Source: the human T2T-CHM13v2.0 reference genome, Homo sapiens
DNA length: 64,000 bases
Reading direction: 5' to 3' (one strand)
Assembly: GCF_009914755.1 (NCBI RefSeq)
Contig: NC_060937.1
In this document: in pieces, positions 55,465 through 64,000 of the stretch
Position numbering within the stretch: the stretch's first letter is position 1
Layout of the letters: every line of letters starts with the position of its first letter
Translations under genes and position numbers: made by a program
The notes under the pieces: model-generated
Seen by the model: only the letters and a program-made list of their open reading frames with translations
Told to the model about the DNA's origin: nothing
The model's database searches: none

Positions 55465-55690
55465 GACATTGGCTCCAGCATCAAACTGATGTCACATTCA
55501 TTTATGTTCCTCTACTTGTTGGCTGGAGGAATACACATGTATGACTATACACAGATTGATCTGCCTTTTGGGGTGCATTTTCCTCAACAAAATGGGGTTG
55601 ATATCACCTATCTCTTAAAGTGGCTGATGATAGTGAAATGAGATAATGCCTGAGACATACAGCTTACCAATTGGGAGTTATTATTGATTG
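55465..55690 (+). mobile_element. MIR SINE
   Basis: ttttcctcaacaaaatggggttgatatcaccta..gtgaaatgagataatg. Confidence 0.55.
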
Positions 55691-57293
55691 AGTGATGAGC
55701 ATTATACGTATTCCCACAGGGTAATATCAGTGGTTCCATCTGGAAAAGCAGATCAAGAGTTTCATAGGCAGTATGGCAATGAGGCCAGGCATTCCTCCAC
55801 TGCATAGTCCACACTGCATGGCTCATCTTTGCTTCTTTTCTCTTTGTCCCTTTTCTCTCCTTCATTCTGTACTTGCCTCTACCCCCTCACACTTTTGAAT
55901 ATTTATATGTGATTCTTCCCACTCATTCACACTTCTTGCTCATTAAGACAAGGAAAAATGCCTTATTCAACTTTGTATCCCCTAATATCAACAGAGTGCT
56001 TTACCAGCAGTAAGAGTTAGACTACTGCCTGATAAATAAATGAAATCAGGATGCTCCTTTAAATAACAACAGCAACAAAACACTCAGTTTTAGAAAATAA
56101 AAACTAATAAATAATGGCATAAATTCTATTCCTTTGTTTCATATTTATGTTTTATGTTTAAGAATCAAGGCAGTAATTGATATATTACTATGTTGATTAC
56201 TTTTAACCCAGAATGAAATCTTCAATAATTTAATAAAGAATGCATACAAGGCAAAAAAGTAAAGTTTAACAGCTATTGAATTTTATTAAGCCTTAGGCAA
56301 AAATCTCATTCAGATCAAAGGAATTTTTTGTGAAGGAAGAAAAAGGTACAAAGAAGATTCTTTGAGAAGCACTGGTAAAGCCTGAAGCTATCCAAAACAG
56401 CTTACTGTCTTTTAAGACATTATCCCAATTTGTAACATAGCACACATAAAATTCACTCATACCTGAAATCGAGAGCTCTTAGCATCTTTATTTGCTTTTC
56501 TTCTGTTTTTGTGGCCCTACATATGATTTTCTTTGCAATACAATGAGTGAAATGTCTTTATTGAATATTGGGATCCAACAATGGAAGAGGAGAGAAATAC
56601 AGTTTATGGTAAGACATGAAGTGAGTGTAGAAATATGTGAACATGTACACACATAATCACACCCACACAGTTTAACGCACTTTCTTTAGGTCAAATTGTT
56701 CACTCTCTGTTTTGATGCAGTTGATTGAACTGGCCTTTACATTATGATAATGAAATCCATTTCATGACACACTAATACTCCAATATTAAAATAATAGTCA
56801 TGACATGTGAATCTCGTAATCATCAGAATGTTCTTTGCAAAGATCAGAAAATGAGATGGCTTCAAGGGACAATAACTAATATTAGCATATACTGTTTGTT
56901 ACACTTGGATGGTTTGGAAGATTTGGGGTCAAGAGGTGTGTTGTGAGAAAAATGTGTTAAATGCACGTACACAAGATAAAACAAACTGAAACGTGTTTGA
57001 GACCCTGGTTTTATTCTACTATTTTTACTTTTTCATAGTTCTTTCTTTTCTGGATTTCATCAAATATAAATTTTCATTGGTTAATTATAAAATGACTTTG
57101 TCCTATAGGCCAAGACAGAATGAAACCATTTAGAAAAGCATTTAAGAAGTCAGTTTTTACTGACCATCCATCTAAAAGTAGTAACAAAGCTGGTGAATAA
57201 AGAGGGTGGGTTTTTTTTTTCTAATTTGGGTGAATTGTGGAATTATTTTTTATTTAGGCTATTATTAGTATTATATAAATTTAGTTTAAAATA

Positions 57294-57352
57294 AGAAAGA
57301 GAGAGAGAGAGAGAGAGAGTAAGAATAAAAAGAAGAGGAAGAAAGAGAAAAG
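57294..57352 (+). repeat. (GA)n / purine-rich simple repeat
   Basis: agaaagagagagagagagagagagagt.. Confidence 0.85.
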
Positions 57353-59159
57353 AGGTGATATAAGCCCAAATTCTCACCTCAGCTCTTCTTATAAGACTGC
57401 CCTTAATCTACATTATTTTTAACAATCCTACTTTCAGACACTACATTCTAGAAACTAGCTCAAATCTTTCCTACTATAATTTTGGTATACTTAAAATTAT
57501 CTATAATTAAATTATAAAGTGTGAGACACATAGATTATCTGAAAAAGGAAACATTTGGAGCAATGGAGCTACTTTTAGGAATAACATCATGTTTTCTTGA
57601 TAAATGTTAACAAAAAATCTTAATATTCTGATGAGATATACAAAGATGGAGCAATTTATTTCTAGAAACAATTTTCAATAGTTAAAGTAGAAAATGGTCA
57701 GTGTGGCAGAGCCAGTAGTCTTACCACCATTATATAAATATTAATATATACAGCAGTTCTGTATTTATTTTTGCTTATTGATATGTGGCAAATTTGTCAG
57801 TGACTCTCTAATCTTCTACTCGAGGTAAGCATTAAATATAGTTAGCTCTAACAGAGAATATAGTTTCTCTTCACTCATACATTCATTTGTGCATTCATTA
57901 ATGCCTTCATATACGTATGCATTCATAACAGATATTTTTTGATATCTCTTATTTGCATGACGCATCTCAGTGATGGGAAGATTTTTAAATAATTAAGTCA
58001 AGGTTTGCAAGAGCGCATCTCTCTTACAAACTCCTGACAGGAAAACCTGCACAGGTAGATAGTGAGGTTCTAAAACCCAAGGCTTAGTGAATTTCTTATA
58101 TAGACATCAGGAAATGTTATACCACAGAAAAATGCTACTGGGGATAGCCAAGCTTACCATGGGAAGTGTTTCTGGGCATGTTGATATTCCTTCTCTTTAG
58201 GCTATATGAATGCCTGCTTCAAGGCTAGAAACTAAAGTCACACTGCAGTTGGCCCATATGCTTCTCTTAATTTCTTGCCCCAACTTGCCAAGAACTCTGC
58301 CTCACCACTGATTTCCTTGGTTTCCAGCTCATTTCCCTTGGCTCACTCTCTTGGACTTAACAGTTGGTGCTATCTCTCAAGCCATTATCATTGCTTCTTT
58401 CCTGGACTTCAGTTCAAATTTCACTCTGGCTACTCTCTTCTTCCCTGACCTACCTGATCCCTGCATTCCTCAATCTCATCACATCCCCATGTAAGTAATG
58501 CCCCAACTAATTCCATGCCCCTAGAAGTGACACTCAATCACCCAAGACTCTAGTGAAAATATAAAGGAAAAAAGAGACTAGATACCAATCAATAAATAAC
58601 CCTTATTATATAATGATTGAAATAAAGCAGCAAGCATAGAATTTGTCCTTATATCTTTTTCTTGCTAATTGATTATTTAAGTTTTAAATTCCCAGAAACT
58701 ATTTTCTAGATTTGATTGATTGACTCCTTGCCCTCCACATTCTCTTAGTAAGGTGTTGAGCGTTTGTTCTGCAATTTAAATGGGAATTTTATTTATAAAT
58801 TGCTCGTACTTAGATAGAGTCCTGGAGATAGCTCAGATTGGGAGACTGCATTTTTATCAAAGATCAGAAAAAATTTCCAGGTTGTCTAAAGTAAGACAAA
58901 TTATTATCATCTTTCATATGCTCTGAATCTAAAAGTCACTTTACAAACACTATCTATATATTAACATATAAAATACAGCCCTTTTAGAGTACTCTGCTCA
59001 ATATAGATTTTTATATCTTCTCTCCCCTTAAGGATCTCAGAATTTTACAGGAAGAGAGTCAATTAGATAAATAAAACAAAGAAACATTTCCAGTGACTTT
59101 ATTCCAAGCTCTCATGAATTCCCGATTTATTAATAGCTGTAGCTGTCATAGCTTAAAAA

Positions 59160-59645
59160 TCCATTAGAATTAGGCTTATTTGCATGTGACGTAAAGCGCA
59201 AAATAACTGTAGCTTATTTTACAAAATAGAAGGTTGTTTTCTTTCTCACATAATAAAGCCCAGAGTTACAGTGCAGGACAGGTATGGTGGCTCCAAAGTG
59301 TCAGGGTTTTAGGTTCTTCGTTCTTGCCTTTTCACCCTGTTATCAAAGGGCCACAGTTCTCAGAGTGATCTCACAGTGTAAAAGGTCTGCTCTCCTGATT
59401 TCATCTGCACTCAAGGTAGCAGGAAGGAAAAAGAACCATAGACGGTTGGCCATTTCCCCTTAAAATGCCCACACCTTTGCTTGCTTCTCATTGGCTAAAA
59501 CCCAGCCCCATGGCCACGCCCTCTGGTGCGTGTGAAGCCTGGCAAATGACAGGGCGATTTGCTGCCCTGAAATAAATCTGTTTTCCCTACCTTTACTGAG
59601 AAGAGGGATGAATGCGGGAGTGAGTAACCAGAAATCTGTGCCCCA
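59160..59645 (-). mobile_element. MaLR solo LTR (MLT1J/K-like)
   Basis: aaaataactgtagctta..ttttctttctcacataa..ggtatggtggctcc..tctcattggctaaaacc..catggccacgcc. Confidence 0.7.
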
Positions 59646-60129
59646 GTGGCTGCTCTTTCATAGCGTTTTCCTTCTGTTATAGAACAGTACAGCAAGTCCT
59701 ATGTCACAACTTCACAGAAATCAGAGCAGTCACAAGCCACGTAGCCCAAATCCCTCAACTTCCTATTGATGGGAAAAGGCTAAGGCCATCAGACCAAAGA
59801 AGAAGTTGGTCTTTATTAAGTAAAAAATAACCAGGTGTCACTAACAAGCCGCTTTTGAGCAAATTTAATAAAAGGCTTCCTGCTTCTGTGCAGACAGAAC
59901 CCTGCCCAGGACACTGGTTTAGTGAGACTGGAGGACAGAGAACCTGCACCACCTGTTGGATTCTTGAGAGGAGGACCGGATTTTATTTGCCTTTGCACTT
60001 GTCAACATTACTTTACCATAACTTTGGACACAATTGATAGTCAGCATATATTTGTTGGCTAAATGGATAATCAAATCATCCTGTAACTACTACTAGTCAT
60101 GAGGACACTAAGAAAGTGTAAGAGATGTA

Positions 60130-60960
60130 ATTACTTCTCCAGCCCAAATTAGATCTCATTCCCCACTTCCCTATCACCTGAATCCACCCAGCTGTACAAG
60201 AAACCCAACAGTTGTCCTTCATATTGCCTCTCCCTCGTGGAGAATCAATCCATCACCTAACTGGTAGATTTTACTTCATAGATAGCTCTCAAATCCATAG
60301 ATTTTTCCTTCTCTGTACTATTATCACCACCAAATCCAGTTACAATTACAATTGTTTCTCTCTTGGTCACAGTAGTCTCTTAACTGTTTGTTGTGTTACC
60401 CCTACTCTGCCTCCTCTCCTACTTCCCACCTCCTCTCTTTCTCATACGTTTTCCCCACTGCCCTTCAATGTCATGTAATGCTCTTTGTGGCCTGGGATGC
60501 TCCTACCATCTTGAACTTTCCCCCACCACATTCCCCCTTGCTCTCTTTAGTCTCTGGCTTTTCTTCAGACCTTTATATTCAATGTGGTTTATCCCACGAC
60601 AGGATCTTTGCATATACTGTTCTCTATGCCTCGAATATTCTTTCTTTCCTATTTTGCCTGATAACTGTCATTCATTCTTTATTTCTCAGATCAGGCTATA
60701 TTTTCCTCAAACAGGCTTTTCTGACTCCCTCAATGAAGCAAAATCTTAATATATACTCTCACAATTCTATGTAGTGCTCTTATATAGCACTTATCACTGT
60801 GACAATTTTATATTTGTTTGTGTGGTTGTTTGATTCATATCCGTTACATTCAAAGGACCTTAAGCCCTGTAAGAGTGGAGATTATGCTTTCTCACACTCA
60901 CCCTTGCAAGCCTGTCCCAATAAGTGCTCAATAAATACATGCTGAGTGAAGGAAGAAAGG
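60130..60960 (+). mobile_element. LINE-2 3' region
   Basis: caggatctttgcatatactgttctctatgcctcgaatattc..tagcacttatcac..taagtgctcaataaatacatgctgagtgaa. Confidence 0.75.
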
Positions 60961-62542
60961 AAAGAAGGGAATATTATATCTATCTATGTTTTTGCTGTAC
61001 TACCTATCACAATGCTTTGAACGGAGAAAGTTCACAATGGTTTTTGAATGTAAGGACGGTACTATTATATTAAAAAATAAAGCTGTCAGATTGAAGTTAG
61101 GAAACCAAATTTATTCCACTGTTCCAGACATATCACTAAACCTGCTGAGCTGTCCATTTTGGAATAGTTCTGATTCAGTGAACTAGTTTAGTATTAGCAG
61201 AGTGGCATCTTAGCGCCAGAACGTCTGTTCTTGCTTTCTTGGTTTGCTCCTGACATGCTGCTCATTACATAAGTTAACTACTGAAAATTTATGTCAACCT
61301 TTCAAAAAGTGGATTCATTGTCCTAGATTTGTAGCTCAGAAGATGTGGAGATAGTCTAATACCTCATTAAGATTCAGGACCACTGTCAGTGAAAAGAAAA
61401 AAAAAATGTACTGAAAAGAAAGGAGTCTGCAGACCATGCAGGTGAATGAAAAGAGTTGAAGAAAGAGCTTTGTAGGCTTCAAGGAAGGAGGAAAAAAATG
61501 TTAGCAGCTCTGTTCTTGATGCAATATACCTCTAGGTCTCTGAATTGCCTCAGATCACTATCCAGATCTGAAGCTTTCAGACTGCTCTGTAGATGTATAC
61601 AGAAAAGAAGGTTTTCTCTACAATACCTAACACATTGTAAGATGTTGGACATGGTAAGTTCAAGATGGTTTTTGAATGCAAAGGACGTAGAGACCAGACC
61701 CTTGGGTAGCTAAGATGTGTAGCATGATTTATCAATGCTTTTGAACCTCTTAGTAACTGCTTGAGCAAAGTAAGAAGGAGATTATGCTCCATTTTTTTAT
61801 ATGGCTTGCCCAAGATCAGATTCACAAGTTTCCTTGCTTTCTGCCTCCCGGTTGAGTCACTCTTCTGCTACCTTTCACAGTGTCTGTCTTAGACAAGAAC
61901 TTAAATCCCCCCCACCAACTCTAATGCTATTGCTGAAAAATATCCACCCTCCTAGACTCTGCCTACTTCGATTCCAGAATGTATCTGCTTTGTTTTGGGC
62001 TAAACTCTTAGAATTCCCTGGGCCCACTTAGTTTTAGAGTATCTTCTAGCCTTCCACTCATCTAATGTGCAGCTTCTTGGGCTCCTCCTTAGGTTCTGGC
62101 CCAGATAGACTTGAACCTTGAGGCTAATGCTTCAGAGGAGCTTTAAAATGATCTGCTTTTCTGCAGGCTGAGGTGTGCATCCTATCACCTTGCTATAGAA
62201 CCCAGCTAGCCATTGTCTACGTGGTGTGTTAGGACCTCTGGAAAGTTATGCATCTTTCTTAGTCAATATTATCTTACTCTTTAGATTTAAGGAGTTTGGC
62301 AAAACACAAAGCTTCAGGGCATTACATTCCTCATGAGGATCCAGGTGGTGAGATTCACACAAATTGTCCCAGGGGACTCACTTTCCTAAATAAAGAAATT
62401 ATATTCTCCATTTTCTTTCAGCAGTGTCTTTTGGAACATTGAGCAAGTACTGTTTTTAAAACCAAAGAATATATAGAGAGCCTTATTTCTCCAGAAGACT
62501 TAAAAATTGTCCAGAGCCTGAGAACAAATGAAAATACAAGGA

Positions 62543-62827
62543 GACCAGGTGCAACGGGTCACATCTGTAATCCTAGCACTTTGGGAGGCTGAGGCAGGTG
62601 GATCACTTAAGGCCAGGAGTTTGAGACTCGCCTGGGCAACATGGTGAAAACCTGTCTCTACAAAAAATACAAAAATTAGCTGGGTGTGGTGGTGCAAGCC
62701 TATAGTCTTGGCTCCTTGGGAGGCTGAGGTGTGAAGATCACTTGATCCCAGGAGGTGGAGGCTACAGTGAGCTGTGATCACACCCCTGGGGCAGCCTGGG
62801 CAACAGAGGAAGACCCTGTCTGAAAAA
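62543..62827 (+). mobile_element. AluJ (AluJb-like)
   Basis: cacttaaggccaggagtttgagac..tctctacaaaaaataca..gatcacttgatcccaggagg..gagctgtgatcaca..agaccctgtct; TSD gaaaatacaaggaga at 62530-62544 and 63013-63027. Confidence 0.92.
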
Positions 62828-62862
62828 AGAAAGAAGAAAGGAAGAAAGGAAGGAAGAAAGGA

Positions 62863-62914
<52 letters not shown>

Positions 62915-63012
62915 GAAAGAAGGAAGGAAGGAAAGAAAGAAAGAAAGAGGGAAAGGAAGGAAGGAAGGAAGGATGGGGGAGGGGGAGGGGGAAGGGAAGG
63001 GGAAGGGAAAAA
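62822..63012 (+). repeat. (GAAA)n/(GGAA)n compound microsatellite derived from the Alu tail
   Basis: About 190 bp of almost pure purine lying between the Alu body and its 3' TSD. Confidence 0.95.
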
Positions 63013-64000
63013 GAAAATACAAGGAGAATAAGTTGGTTAGCAATGATAACTCCATTGAGCAAGCTTCTAAACTCTGACAGCAGGGTATAGAGAATTTATG
63101 CTTTTATTTTTTATCTTTTGTGTTGTTTGTTGGCTGAGGTGCTCTGGTTGGGACTCAGGTCCTGAGTATAAACAGATAAAAGGCAAAGTCCTACATGGAA
63201 ATCCCTCCTTGCATTCACCCAAGTAGAGAATGCAAACTCACCACTGCTCCTCTCTTACCAGCGTGGTATATCCTAACTCTCCTTATGCACCAGCTTATAA
63301 AAAATATGTCCAGTAGGAATACTCTACATCCTCAGACAACCAAGACCCTGCTAGCCTAGATATCACACATGATCAGAATGACAATGAGGAAGTAAAATTA
63401 TAATATTTGGTAGACTCGTAAATAGTTTCCTACAGTGGTGGAGGAATTGTATGTGACAATATCTGAATTACAATAAATAGCTGTTGATTGAATTAATATA
63501 TCTGTTTTTCCTAAACTAAAAGTAGCGAAAGAAAAGAGTACTTGGAGTACTATGTTATAACCATGCATACAGAATCCCAAGAACAAGTATGTCAAGCTAG
63601 CAAAAAAAAGACAATAATGTCGTGGGCTGTAGCAGATAAATTTCACTAGGAAGATAATCCTAGAAACAGTACAAAAACAAACAAGAGGAGAGGTGATTAG
63701 ATTGACTATAGAACTAAAGAGGTAGGAGAATTATACATTCTCTGAAAATGATCCCAGGATAAATCCTGTAATCTGAACCCATGAAAGTTGGTTGTAGCAT
63801 CAGCTTCTTGGAATTTTTTTCTAAATCAGAAACAGAGTTGTAAATAAGCTTACCATATCTCAACACCATTAGTTCCCACCAGAAAACTTTACTTTGGCTA
63901 ATCACATTATAGGATGTTCTGTGGATCTCTGTGCTCTTTCAGGTAGAGGGCCAACAGCAATATACTGAATAGTCCAGTATTCTCACTATGAGTCAATTAT

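Noticed and set aside
62762-63062. K/E/R-rich or F/L/S-rich ORFs, also at 38141-38404
   Set aside because: They are read-through of purine microsatellites.

Overview
This is AT-rich, CpG-depleted primate (probably human or great-ape) intronic or intergenic DNA. I found no credible host protein-coding exon, RNA gene, CpG island or prokaryotic-type system. The long ORFs are LINE-1 ORF2 relics, Alu or simple-repeat artefacts, or chance ORFs. Repeat content: six Alus, a young L1PA3-like insertion (8257-10637), older L1MA/L1M fragments with a nested THE1 solo LTR, MLT1 and ERVL-type LTRs, DNA-transposon MITEs (MER33, MER2, MER94-like), many MIR/L2 relics and microsatellites. The best-supported unusual structure is the L1PA insertion: one 14-bp TSD pair encloses a 5' inversion with an internal deletion (twin priming) and a 116-bp 3' transduction with its own AATAAA and poly(A). 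The window also holds several template-switch-like scars (6.6, 37.65, 39.07, 41.5 and 46.4 kb), two dispersed local duplications of non-repeat DNA (16.1/17.3 kb and 33.1/35.1 kb), and a repeat-poor 16-33 kb stretch with candidate regulatory and splicing signals. I found no evidence of a new biological system. Repeat subfamily names come from remembered consensus sequences, and boundaries of old repeats are approximate.
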